Source: Thermodesulfovibrionia bacterium (GTDB lineage: Bacteria; Nitrospirota; Thermodesulfovibrionia; UBA6902). Taken from it: 64,000 bases of DNA. This document shows positions 25,051-34,732 of this stretch, piece after piece. A program made the translations under genes and the position numbers. The stretch is from positions 114,515 through 178,514 of the forward strand of contig CAMYNN010000001.1 of assembly GCA_947259735.1 (NCBI GenBank), read 5' to 3'. The notes under the pieces were generated by a model that was not told the origin of the DNA, ran no database searches, and worked only from the letters and a program-made list of their open reading frames with translations. Position 1 is the stretch's first letter. Every line of letters starts with the position of its first letter.

Positions 25051-27834
25051 ATGAGCTTTCAGTTAAAATTAGATCAATGTAGTTCAAGGCTATCTCCTTC
25101 TTCTGGAATCAGGCCCAATTTTCTCGGAATAGGGGCAGCTAAGGCGGGTACGACAACTGTCGCAAGATTGCTGGCCGGTCATCCGGAAATCAGCTTCCCG
25201 GTCAATGGGACCAAGGAGCTGCATTATTTTGATGAGAAATATGCAAAAGATGATGACGCGTGGTATTTCAGTCAGTTTGAGAATAATATTGCAATTGGAG
25301 AATACACTCCCAGCTATATCTTTGATCCCGAATGCCGCGACAGAATTTATAAAACACTGGGCGGGGACATCAAGTTTATTGTAGCGCTCAGAAATCCTGT
25401 GGACAGGGCCTTTTCACACTATTGTCATGCCGTGAATAACTGGTGGCAGGACAAATACAGAGCACTGAACTATCCTGTTGAAGGTCTGAGCTTCGAAGAT
25501 GCCATAGATAAGGAAAGTGAACGGCTTGGAGCCGGTAACTATCACATTCGGCATCTCAGTTATTTCAGCAAGGGGTTATACGCTGAGCAGCTGAAAAGGT
25601 TCTTTGAAGTATTTCCCAAAGATAATTTTTATATCTATCTATATGAAGACTACATTGCCTCACCTGCGCACATACTGAAAAATATATGCACATTTCTGGG
25701 AGTTGATGAGCATTTTGAATTTCAGGGTACTGATAAGGTTTATAACACCCAGACAAACAGGATAATGGCCCATTCAACCCGGAGGAAATTGAATGAGAGA
25801 TACGGGAATTCAATAAAGGAGCTTGAAGACCTGCTTGGCAGAGACCTCTCGGTCTGGACTGGAAAAGGGAAACGACATAGCATCGGGGCGGCTGCATACA
25901 CTCATGAAAAGGTGAATTTTTATGGCATGAGAAAAACAATGAAAGATCCCATATTTGTCGTTGGCAGTCCACGCTCAGGCACTACGCTGCTGCAATGTAT
26001 GTTAAGCGTGAGTGAAAACGCATTTTCATTGCCTGAGACCCATTATTTCTGTTCAATACTTCCCCGCCTTGGAATTCGACCGACTGACAAAATTAATCAG
26101 GATAATGTAAAAGACATAATAGATCTTTTTTATGAGAAGATGGTCCTCGATATACCTGAATATTTAATGTCTGAGTTTTTTAAAAAGGCGGAAAGCGGGC
26201 AATTAACAGCAGTTGATATTTTGATAGATATATTCGATCTTTTCCGGCCCGCTGATGATAGTGCAAGAATCCGACGGGTGATTGAAAAGACCCCTTTTCA
26301 TGTACAGTACCTCAGGGATATTGTGGAAAGTTTTCCTGATGCCAAGTTTCTAAATATAATCCGTGATCCCCGTGACGTAGTCAGTTCAAGAATGATGATG
26401 CCCATGGCGCATACAAAATCCTTCAGATTATACGCGCTGGAATGGAACAGGTCGATAGGGCAGGCCCAGCGGTTCCTTGGAGAATTCCCAGGCAGTCTTT
26501 TATCCATTCGATATGAAGACCTTGTAGAAAAGACCGGGTGCACTTTAAATGAAGTATGTCAATTCCTGAACCTGCCCTTTCGTGATGAGATGGTATCGAA
26601 ATTTGCCATGAAGTATGAATCCTGCACACTTCACAAAACAGAGAGCTGGAAGGAGGAAGTTAAAACAGGGCGGATCCGCAATAAGAGAGGGATCTGGCAG
26701 AACAGAATTACTCCTGCTACTGCATGGTTAATTGAGCAGGAAACAACAGAGCTAATGAAATTATATGAATATGCACCATCTGTCCGGCCTTCGCAATCAG
26801 AGATCAACAATGCATTGGAGAATGAGGATTTAGTATTAAAACAGGAAAGCGGCATAGACACAATTATTCAAATAGGGACGTATTATTCGGAAGAGAGGAA
26901 ACATGCATCAGCTCGTGAGATCTATGAAAATGCTATTCTTTTTGAGAATATTACTCGTCAGGACCGAAACAAGTTACTGCTCAGGATTGGAAACATTCTA
27001 TTGGACGAGGGTAGATATCATGATGCCGAAGGGAAATTTGCGAAGGCCCTGGCAATCAATGGCCTCCCGGAAATTGAGCGTTTTCACGTATTGCTTGGTT
27101 TTGGCAGAAGCTGTTTTGCCGAGAAGAAATATCATGAGGCTGAACAAAAATTTGCAGATGCCCTTTTACTTGGAGAAGTCCCTCAAAAGGAAAGGTTTAA
27201 CGCTCATCTTTTTCTTGGGAGATGTTATGCCGCTCTGAAGAGATATGTTGATGCCGAGGATCAGTACAGGGAAGCATTGTCTATGGATGTACCGAACGAG
27301 ACGAAGATAAGCACCGTACTTCACCTGGGGAAATGTTTGTCGGAGCAGGGGAAGAGTGAAGAAGAAAAACAGGAGTACTTAAGTGCCCTGTCAGAGGGCG
27401 GCATTGCAGCCATATGGAAGTACAGGTTATTGAACAGGCTCGGGATACTGGCTTTTCAATGCGGCACATATGAGAGTGCAGAAAAAAGGTATACAGAAGC
27501 ATTGTCCATAGAAGGTGTGCCCGGAACAGACAGGTATCATGCGCTTACTGGTCTTGGCAAGTGCTGCATTGCCCAAAAAAAATATGATGAGGCGGAGAAA
27601 CAGTTTGAAGAAGCCTTGTCCTGTGACACCATTTCAGCCACATCAAGAATTGCCGCGGCAGAAATGCTTGTGGACTGCTGTTTATTGCGCGGCAAGTTAA
27701 AGAAGGTAGAGCAGGTCTGCGAAATGGTAATGCTACTGGAAGGAATTGATGAGCAGCTCATGAGGAAATTTATCATACAGGTGAAGGAAAAAATTAAGAT
27801 GGTGTCCCTTCGCAGGGGAGGCTCAAATGCATGA
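25051..27834 (+). CDS. Tandem double sulfotransferase fused to a long TPR array (927 aa)
   Basis: Domain 1 has a 5'-PSB loop GAAKAGTTT and 3'-PB motif ALRNPVDRAFSHY (~25.1-25.9 kb). Domain 2 has a 5'-PSB loop GSPRSGTTLL and IIRDPRDVVSS (~25.95-26.7 kb). The C-terminal ~330 aa are repeated ~40-aa TPR-like units (…YHDAEGKFAKALAI…YHEAEQKFADALLL…YVDAEDQYREALSM…). Confidence 0.8.
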   Translation: MSFQLKLDQCSSRLSPSSGIRPNFLGIGAAKAGTTTVARLLAGHPEISFPVNGTKELHYFDEKYAKDDDAWYFSQFENNIAIGEYTPSYIFDPECRDRIYKTLGGDIKFIVALRNPVDRAFSHYCHAVNNWWQDKYRALNYPVEGLSFEDAIDKESERLGAGNYHIRHLSYFSKGLYAEQLKRFFEVFPKDNFYIYLYEDYIASPAHILKNICTFLGVDEHFEFQGTDKVYNTQTNRIMAHSTRRKLNERYGNSIKELEDLLGRDLSVWTGKGKRHSIGAAAYTHEKVNFYGMRKTMKDPIFVVGSPRSGTTLLQCMLSVSENAFSLPETHYFCSILPRLGIRPTDKINQDNVKDIIDLFYEKMVLDIPEYLMSEFFKKAESGQLTAVDILIDIFDLFRPADDSARIRRVIEKTPFHVQYLRDIVESFPDAKFLNIIRDPRDVVSSRMMMPMAHTKSFRLYALEWNRSIGQAQRFLGEFPGSLLSIRYEDLVEKTGCTLNEVCQFLNLPFRDEMVSKFAMKYESCTLHKTESWKEEVKTGRIRNKRGIWQNRITPATAWLIEQETTELMKLYEYAPSVRPSQSEINNALENEDLVLKQESGIDTIIQIGTYYSEERKHASAREIYENAILFENITRQDRNKLLLRIGNILLDEGRYHDAEGKFAKALAINGLPEIERFHVLLGFGRSCFAEKKYHEAEQKFADALLLGEVPQKERFNAHLFLGRCYAALKRYVDAEDQYREALSMDVPNETKISTVLHLGKCLSEQGKSEEEKQEYLSALSEGGIAAIWKYRLLNRLGILAFQCGTYESAEKRYTEALSIEGVPGTDRYHALTGLGKCCIAQKKYDEAEKQFEEALSCDTISATSRIAAAEMLVDCCLLRGKLKKVEQVCEMVMLLEGIDEQLMRKFIIQVKEKIKMVSLRRGGSNA

Positions 27835-28951
27835 ACCCCTTGTTTCCATAGTGGTCCCCTGCTATAACGGTGCTGCGACGTTAAAAAGGACACTGTTCTC
27901 TATTAAAAATGAGCAGTACTCGAACTTTGAAATTATTATAGTAGATGACGGCAGCACTGATAGTTCCCCGGACCTCATCCGGCAGTTTGAAGAGTGGGAC
28001 TCAAGATTTAAGAGCGTGACGCAGGAAAACAGTGGAGTCTCAGCCGCGAGAAACAGGGGGGTAACGGTTGCCTCCGGTGAATATATAGGTTTTCTTGATG
28101 CCGACGACCTGTTACTTGAGAATAGTCTGGACCGGAGGATGAAGGTGCTGATTGAAGAGAGCGATCCTGAGATGCTCGGCGTTTTCTGCCCGGCTGTCGT
28201 TGTTGATGACAAAAACAATGTGTTGCGTTCCACCGCCTTGTTTAACTCGCCCCTGCCAAATGAGAGGGTATACTTTTCTACGGTAACAAACAATCCATTC
28301 GGTACCTGCTGCGTGATTGCTAAAAAGAAAGAGATAGTAAGTGCTGGCGGATTTGACGAGTCCCTGACAAACGGTGAAGACTATGATCTGTGGTTCAGGA
28401 TGATGAGGAAAGGAGGTTACTTTAAGAAAGTCAACTCCTGCAAGGTGGCAATAACGTATCATCCGGAAAGTGTGACCCAGGCAAAAATACTTAAGCATCA
28501 TAGACAGTGCAAGCAGGTAATGGAAAAAATATTTTCGACCAGCATGGACACGGCCATTGAGGAATTCATGAATGGTTACGGCAGTGCCGTATACTTCTTG
28601 GCACTGACGAAAAGGGCATTCAGCGCTTCCATTAAGTGTGTTATTAACGGTCAGCATGAAGCAGCCAAAGAGATTTCTGAAGATATAAGCTGGCGCATGA
28701 TTGAGCAGATATCTCATGAAGAGCTGGATCACATTGTGAAATATGAAACATTAAAGGCAACGTGTAAACCTGAGAATGAATGGCTTAGTGTATGGGAAGA
28801 TGTCAAAGAAAGGGTGATAAATTATATTGAAGAGTTAAAGGCTGGTTTTGGCGGGGAATGCAGTAGTCTTGCCGTGTTGCTGCAAAGATACAGGGAGCAT
28901 AATCGCAGCCCTTACGGTGTCGAGAGGAGGCGTGATGGTCAAAAGGTCTGA
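27827..28951 (+). CDS. Glycosyltransferase family 2
   Basis: VSIVVPCYNGAATLKRTLFSI...FEIIIVDDGSTDSS...FLDADD...GEDYDLWFRM. Overlaps the sulfotransferase stop by 8 nt. Confidence 0.85.
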   Translation: MHEPLVSIVVPCYNGAATLKRTLFSIKNEQYSNFEIIIVDDGSTDSSPDLIRQFEEWDSRFKSVTQENSGVSAARNRGVTVASGEYIGFLDADDLLLENSLDRRMKVLIEESDPEMLGVFCPAVVVDDKNNVLRSTALFNSPLPNERVYFSTVTNNPFGTCCVIAKKKEIVSAGGFDESLTNGEDYDLWFRMMRKGGYFKKVNSCKVAITYHPESVTQAKILKHHRQCKQVMEKIFSTSMDTAIEEFMNGYGSAVYFLALTKRAFSASIKCVINGQHEAAKEISEDISWRMIEQISHEELDHIVKYETLKATCKPENEWLSVWEDVKERVINYIEELKAGFGGECSSLAVLLQRYREHNRSPYGVERRRDGQKV

Positions 28952-30956
28952 AAATATTAACATCGTCCTGAATTTTCATAAGGGTGACCAGGTTTCCGCA
29001 GAAAAAATGCTTGAACTCCTCATGTCAGTTGATGAGGGGCTTGAATGCACATATTATCTGCAGTATGGAGACAGTATCGGGAGTATATGTATATCAGATA
29101 CGCTTCTGCAGTTTATGAACCGGAAAAAAGCACTTTTTTCAAATGAACTCCCGGACATCAAAGTCCCTCAGGAAATGATTGACAATGACCCGAACCTGCT
29201 TCGTTATGGAGGGAATCAGGCGATACGAACCAGATCACAAAAAAAGAGCATCTTCGAATGGAACCTCTGTGTTTATAAATACATTCAGCTGCTTGATTCC
29301 TTTCTGATGATAGAACCTGACTGCGTTATTTTAAAAGAGGGCTGGCTTCGTGACATATTCGAAGCATGGAGAAATTATGATGGCCCGATATTCGGGCACC
29401 TGAAGCATGGGCTGATCGGACATACATTAATTCCTACACACTGGGCGGGGTGTTCCCTCTATGACTGCAGAAAGCTCAGAAACTTGCCCCTTGAACACTA
29501 TTTTTATAACAGATATGAGAATCCGTGGTGGCAATACAGGGATGGAGAGGGCACAGAGACTGCCGGTAACTGTTTCTATGGTCCTGTTATAAGCGGGTAT
29601 GACGTGGCTTATGATTATTTTCTTTTTGCCCTGTATTGGAAGGAAAAGACCGGCTTGAACGATCCCTTTCAGTGGCCTCTGGATACATATGAAGCAAGAA
29701 AGGATATTATCTTTTGCGACTTCAAAACGAGGATGAGCGGGGAGGATATATTCCGGGGATTTGCGAACAGGCTCCCGCTCATGCATGGTGTCAAGGACGA
29801 CGAAGTCAGGGAACTGATGATTAAATATTTTTACAGCAAAGCTGAGAATAAACTTCCGGGCATGTCATATGAATTAAGCGGTCCGCCGGACAGTCCGGTC
29901 AATAATAATAAGAAGAATCTGAGCATGAAAGACATGAAGAATATATTTGAAGGTCAGCGCTGCTTTATTATCGGGAACGGACCAAGCCTGAAAAAAACCG
30001 ATATGCGGATTTTGAAGCATGAATACACTATTGGAACGAACAGGATTTATCTGAACTATGAGAATATGGGGTTCGAACCCACCTTTTATTGTTCAGTGAA
30101 TCCGCATGTGATCGAACAGTTTTCTGAAGAGATTAACTCAATAAAATCAGTCAAGTTCATCAGGAGTGAATCTCAGAGATATGTAAGGAACAGGTGGAAT
30201 ACGTTTTTTATGGAAAGCTCAGGCGCCCACGATTTCATCGAAGACCTTGAAACAATGCAGTGGTGTGAGGGGTGGACCGTCACGTACTGTGCCATGCAGG
30301 TGGCTTTTTATCTCGGATTTCATACTGTAATCCTGATTGGTGTTGACCACAATTTTCCTGCGTCGGGGGATCCCAATAAACTCGTAACGGCGGACAGCAG
30401 CGACGAGAATCACTTTCACCCTGAATACTTTGGAAAGGGAATACAGTGGCAATATCCGGATCTTGAGCGTTCTGAAAAATCATACGCCATAGCTAAAGAA
30501 ATATATGAAAAGAATGGAAAAATAATTCTGGATGCCACCATAGGAGGAAAGCTGAAAATATTCCCGAAGGCAGACTATAACGAACTCATAACTGTGCCAG
30601 GCAATGGTAATTCACCATGTGCATTCAATAAGATGGGAGAAGAGTTGTTTAATAACGGCGACATTGACGGAGCCATGAACTTATTTTTGAAGGCCGCTGA
30701 AATGGCTTCAGGATATGCAACGGCTTATAATAACCTCGGTGTTGTCTGTCTCCAAAAAGGTGATGCTCGCAATGCATCTGAGTTTTTTGCAAAGGCGTTG
30801 AACATTGATCCGAACGATCGCAGTGTTATTGTCAATTGCGGCAGGTTGCTCGAAAATTTTGAGAATACAGAGGATGCCAGGAAATTGTATTTGTCCTACC
30901 TTGAGAATCATCCGGAAGACGAAGAGATCACGGAATTATTATCGGTCCTGAGATAA
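28935..30956 (+). CDS. Maf/DUF115- or GT42-like CMP-ulosonate transferase with a novel N-terminal domain and C-terminal TPR (673 aa)
   Basis: The track starts at 28848; ATG 28935 follows GAGAGGAGG. The central motif CFIIGNGPSLKKTDMRILKHEYTIGTNRIYL ... VILIGVDHNF matches the GNGPSL signature shared by motility-accessory-factor (MptE-like/DUF115) proteins and Cst-type sialyltransferases. The N-terminal ~330 aa are unrecognised. The C-terminus is TPR (AYNNLGVVCLQKGDARNASEFFAKALNIDPND). Confidence 0.7.
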   Translation: MVKRSENINIVLNFHKGDQVSAEKMLELLMSVDEGLECTYYLQYGDSIGSICISDTLLQFMNRKKALFSNELPDIKVPQEMIDNDPNLLRYGGNQAIRTRSQKKSIFEWNLCVYKYIQLLDSFLMIEPDCVILKEGWLRDIFEAWRNYDGPIFGHLKHGLIGHTLIPTHWAGCSLYDCRKLRNLPLEHYFYNRYENPWWQYRDGEGTETAGNCFYGPVISGYDVAYDYFLFALYWKEKTGLNDPFQWPLDTYEARKDIIFCDFKTRMSGEDIFRGFANRLPLMHGVKDDEVRELMIKYFYSKAENKLPGMSYELSGPPDSPVNNNKKNLSMKDMKNIFEGQRCFIIGNGPSLKKTDMRILKHEYTIGTNRIYLNYENMGFEPTFYCSVNPHVIEQFSEEINSIKSVKFIRSESQRYVRNRWNTFFMESSGAHDFIEDLETMQWCEGWTVTYCAMQVAFYLGFHTVILIGVDHNFPASGDPNKLVTADSSDENHFHPEYFGKGIQWQYPDLERSEKSYAIAKEIYEKNGKIILDATIGGKLKIFPKADYNELITVPGNGNSPCAFNKMGEELFNNGDIDGAMNLFLKAAEMASGYATAYNNLGVVCLQKGDARNASEFFAKALNIDPNDRSVIVNCGRLLENFENTEDARKLYLSYLENHPEDEEITELLSVLR

Positions 30957-30996
30957 TTGCAATTACTATAATTAAAAATTTCGCACTTACGATTCA

Positions 30997-33900
30997 ATGG
31001 AAGAAATCAGAGTATCAGCAATAGTCTCAGCGTACAACAGCGAACGGTTCATGAGGGGCAGACTTCAGGACCTGGTCGGTCAGTCGCTGTTCCGAAAAAA
31101 GCAGCTTGAGATAATCGTTATAGACTCGAACTCTCCTCAAAAAGAAAAAGTAATTGTAGATGAATTCATGAAGCACCATAAAAATATCCGTTATGTACGG
31201 ACCGACGTCAGGGAGACTGTTTATGGTGCATGGAATCGCGGGATCACATTATCCAGAGGGAACTATGTTATTAATGCAAATTCGGATGACAGGTTTACAG
31301 CGGATGCTCTGGAAATAATGGCAGATGAATTTCAAAAGGACACCGATATTCATGCGGTATACGGAAACTGGCTTGTCACAAAAGTTGAGAACGATTCGAT
31401 CGAATCAGGAACTGAAAAGTTCCTGTTTGAATACCCGGAATTTTTCCCGCCTCTATTTTTTTACTATCAGATAACCTCTCATGCCGCAATGTTTATGAAA
31501 GATACATTTGACCTGATCGGCTGTTATGACGAAGAACTCAAAGTATTCGGTGACAGGGAGTTTATGTTCAGATTTATAACATCCGGACTCAACGCAAGAA
31601 AAATTGATTTGACGGTCGGATTGTATCTGGAAGGGAGGAACGGCGTAGAACGCTCTGAGGCTTCAGCTGAGAGGGAGTTTGCATCAATTCGTGATAAATA
31701 TCTGATACCGGAATATTTTGTCAGATTTTTCGGTTACGAGCATGTTCCACAGAAAAGAGACCTGGCTCAGCTCTATGCATATGTAGGTTCACGTGGATTC
31801 AGATTTCTCGCATGGAATGATACACCGGCAAGTGACATGCCCTTTGCGGCACAATTATTCATGTTAGCATTAAAACTTGATCCCCTTAATGTCGTTGCCT
31901 TGAATAATCTTGGCATTCTTCGGTGCCTGAATGAACAGCATGAGCTGGGAGTTGATCTGTTAAGCAAGGCATTCATGTGTGACCCCGCAGACACTATTCG
32001 CTCGAATGTTGATCTTGCAAAGCACCGTTCTGTTGAAGTTGAAGATTATCTCTGGATGCAGAAAGAACTGAAGAGCAGCAGGAGTTCATATCTATCCTCG
32101 GTGAATGTCCCGGAAACTGAGGTATCTGGACAAGCAAATACATGCACTCCGTCGGTCAGCATTATTATTCCGACCCGTAACCGAACTCATCTGCTTGCTG
32201 AAGCCATCGAAAGTGTGACGGGACAGACATACCGGGATTATGAAATAATCGTTGTGAATGATGGCGGTGATGATATCGCCGGTGTTACGAATACGTACGA
32301 AAAGGACTGCAGCATTACCGTACTGAATCTCGGAGAGAGGCAGGGCCCTGCAAAAGCGAGGAACAGCGGACTGGAAATAGCCAGGGGAAAGTATATAGCC
32401 TATCTTGATGATGATGACATTTATTATCCGGAACACCTGGAAAAACTGGTAGGGTATCTTGAACGGAATGACTGTAAGGTAGCATACACCGATTCTTATC
32501 AGGCATTCCAGAAATGGGAAAAAGATGAATATGTAACTACTGATAGAAGACTCGTTTACAGTGAGGACTTTGACAAACAAAGAATTCTTGTCATGAACTT
32601 TATCCCTACTCTGACTATTGCTCACAGGAAGGATTGCATTGAGGAGGTTGGTTGCTTTGATGAAGGTCTCGAGACACATGAGGATTGGGACCTCTGGATA
32701 AGGATGTCTCAGCAATACAATTTTCACCATGTAAAAGGTGTGACGGCAGAGTTCAGAACCCGTTCGAACGGATCGAGCAGCACGTCCTCAAAACGGTCTG
32801 ACTTTTTAGAAACCATGAAGATTATTCATGCCAGATATGCACATCTTGCTGAAGACGATCAGGTCCCCAGACAGCAAGAGCATATTGAAAATGAGCTGCA
32901 TAAAGAGTTATCAGTAATGGAGAACGCTGATTATACGAACACAGATCTGTCCATAGTAACGGCAAAAAATGGCACCAAATCTGTGAGAGTGAAATGCCGG
33001 AACGGGTCTCTTAAAACTCTTCACAGTCTTTACGATCCGGCGGCGGAGGCGCGAGTAATTGTCGATAAGTTTCATTTCGATGAGGGCGGCATTATCATCG
33101 TTTTAGGGATTGGACTTGGATATCATGTGGCTGAATTGAGTAAAAGATTTCCTGATGCGCAAATTGTGGTGATAGAAGCCATTCATGAAATCAGTAATCT
33201 GGCTTCCAAACACGGACCCTCCATTGATGACAGGGTAAAGATCTACACAGGACTTTCAACCGGCGATGCAGTGAGAAAGGTCACGGAACATCAAATGGAA
33301 GGTGGATTGAAGTCTCTGTCTGTGTTTCCGTTGGCAGCGGCAGTCTCTGCGTATTCAGTTTATTACAGGCCGATACTGGAGGCGCTGAATAAATCACTCT
33401 CAATAAAACTCTGGGAAAGGCTCAGGTACACGAAATTCAAAAAAGAAAGACTGAAGATCCTGCTGCTTGATACGGGATATTTTCTTGTCAGAGAAATTGA
33501 AAAAGGCCTCCAGTCCCTTGATCAGGATGTGTATCGTATGCCTGTAGGGACCGGTGAGAGGGGTGACGTTATCGTTTCAAGATTTATGGAAGCAGTGCTG
33601 AATTTCAGGCCCGATTTTCTGCTTACCATAAACCATCTTGGCTTCGATGAAGGGGGCGCCCTTACGGAACTTGTTGAGTCTCTTGAGATGCCTGTTGCTT
33701 CCTGGTATGTAGACAGTCCCACACTGATAGTCAATGCCTTTCAGAAGAACGTGTCTCCCTGGATGTCACTCTTCCTCTGGGATAAGTCCTATGTAAAAGA
33801 CATGAAAGACCTGGGTTTTGAATCAGTAGATCATTTACCGCTTGGGACAGATGAAAAGATCTTCAGACCCCTTACGGCAAGAAAGCACAGACATAAAATT

Positions 33901-34614
33901 CAGAAGTACCAGTGCGATACAGGGTTTGTAGGGAATTCCATGGTCGATGCGGTGAATAAATACACAGGAAGAGTTGATGAACGGCTGAGACCGCTCGTGC
34001 ATAAAATTGCCGATAAGTTCCTGCATTCTCATAATCGGTTTCCTTCAATCGGCGACTATCTCGGGGGGAGCGATCATGTTCTCTTTGATGATCTCGATGA
34101 AAAAGAAAAAATGGATTTCGAAGCGGCTGTTCTCTGGCAGGCAACCTTGAAATACCGTAATTCTCTCATTACTGAGCTTGCACGGTTTGACGCTGTAATT
34201 CATGGCGATCCTTCATGGGACCAGCTGTTAAAAGACAATGCTATCCGGTTGAAGCAGCCCCTTCATTACTATAAAGAGCTTCCTTTTTTTTACAATGCCT
34301 GCAAGGTCAATTTTAATGCTACCAGCCGGCAGATGAGGGAAGCGGTCAATCAAAGAGTATTCGATGTGCCTGCCTGCGGTGCCTTTCTGCTTACAGACTA
34401 TCAGGATTCGATGAATAATTTATTTGAAGTCAATAAGGAAATAATTGTGTACAGACACAGAGACGAAGTTCCGGAAATTATAAAGTTTTACCTGAAATAC
34501 CCCTGGGAGAGGGAGCGTGTTGCTTTGCTTGGGAGGGAAAGAGTTCTGAAAGATCATACCTATAAACACCGGCTTCGCGTATTAATTCAGAGTATGGAAC
34601 AAAAATATAAATGA
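30997..34614 (+). CDS. Multidomain GT2 + TPR + GT2 + Maf-N-like module + CgeB-like glycosyltransferase (1205 aa)
   Basis: GT2 no. 1 (VSAIVSAYNSERF...IIVIDSNSPQ...NANSDD). TPR (ALKLDPLNVVALNNLG). GT2 no. 2 (VSIIIPTRNRTHLL...YLDDDD...EDWDLWIRM). Then LHSLYDPAAEA...VLGIGLGYHVAELSK. The C-terminal domain FDVPACGAFLLTDY...LGRERVLKDHTYKHRL is typical of CgeB/DUF3880-type GT1-like proteins. Confidence 0.8.
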   Translation: MEEIRVSAIVSAYNSERFMRGRLQDLVGQSLFRKKQLEIIVIDSNSPQKEKVIVDEFMKHHKNIRYVRTDVRETVYGAWNRGITLSRGNYVINANSDDRFTADALEIMADEFQKDTDIHAVYGNWLVTKVENDSIESGTEKFLFEYPEFFPPLFFYYQITSHAAMFMKDTFDLIGCYDEELKVFGDREFMFRFITSGLNARKIDLTVGLYLEGRNGVERSEASAEREFASIRDKYLIPEYFVRFFGYEHVPQKRDLAQLYAYVGSRGFRFLAWNDTPASDMPFAAQLFMLALKLDPLNVVALNNLGILRCLNEQHELGVDLLSKAFMCDPADTIRSNVDLAKHRSVEVEDYLWMQKELKSSRSSYLSSVNVPETEVSGQANTCTPSVSIIIPTRNRTHLLAEAIESVTGQTYRDYEIIVVNDGGDDIAGVTNTYEKDCSITVLNLGERQGPAKARNSGLEIARGKYIAYLDDDDIYYPEHLEKLVGYLERNDCKVAYTDSYQAFQKWEKDEYVTTDRRLVYSEDFDKQRILVMNFIPTLTIAHRKDCIEEVGCFDEGLETHEDWDLWIRMSQQYNFHHVKGVTAEFRTRSNGSSSTSSKRSDFLETMKIIHARYAHLAEDDQVPRQQEHIENELHKELSVMENADYTNTDLSIVTAKNGTKSVRVKCRNGSLKTLHSLYDPAAEARVIVDKFHFDEGGIIIVLGIGLGYHVAELSKRFPDAQIVVIEAIHEISNLASKHGPSIDDRVKIYTGLSTGDAVRKVTEHQMEGGLKSLSVFPLAAAVSAYSVYYRPILEALNKSLSIKLWERLRYTKFKKERLKILLLDTGYFLVREIEKGLQSLDQDVYRMPVGTGERGDVIVSRFMEAVLNFRPDFLLTINHLGFDEGGALTELVESLEMPVASWYVDSPTLIVNAFQKNVSPWMSLFLWDKSYVKDMKDLGFESVDHLPLGTDEKIFRPLTARKHRHKIQKYQCDTGFVGNSMVDAVNKYTGRVDERLRPLVHKIADKFLHSHNRFPSIGDYLGGSDHVLFDDLDEKEKMDFEAAVLWQATLKYRNSLITELARFDAVIHGDPSWDQLLKDNAIRLKQPLHYYKELPFFYNACKVNFNATSRQMREAVNQRVFDVPACGAFLLTDYQDSMNNLFEVNKEIIVYRHRDEVPEIIKFYLKYPWERERVALLGRERVLKDHTYKHRLRVLIQSMEQKYK

Positions 34615-34626
34615 GGAAAAAATAGA

Positions 34627-34707
34627 GGCGAGAGGTCAGGGGCTAGGGGCAAGGGGTAAGTTCAAGATCATTCTTATCCTCCTGCCCAGTGCCCATAGCC
34701 TCTTGCC
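34627..34707. repeat. Heptanucleotide-repeat hairpin downstream of the 1205-aa gene
   Basis: The left arm GGCGAGAGG-TCAGGGG-CTAGGGG-CAAGGGG-TAAG (34627-34660) is an imperfect reverse complement of CTTAT-CCTCCTG-CCCAGTG-CCCATAG-CCTCTTG-CC (34673-34707). The loop is ~12 nt. It begins 13 nt after the stop codon. Confidence 0.5.
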
Positions 34708-34732
34708 GGGATTATTAAAAAAAACATCCTGC

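Noticed and set aside
26818-27834. Internal ~120-nt periodicity in the 3' third of the sulfotransferase gene.
   Set aside because: It is explained by the repeated TPR-like protein units (…Y.DAE..F..AL…) and is not an independent DNA repeat element.
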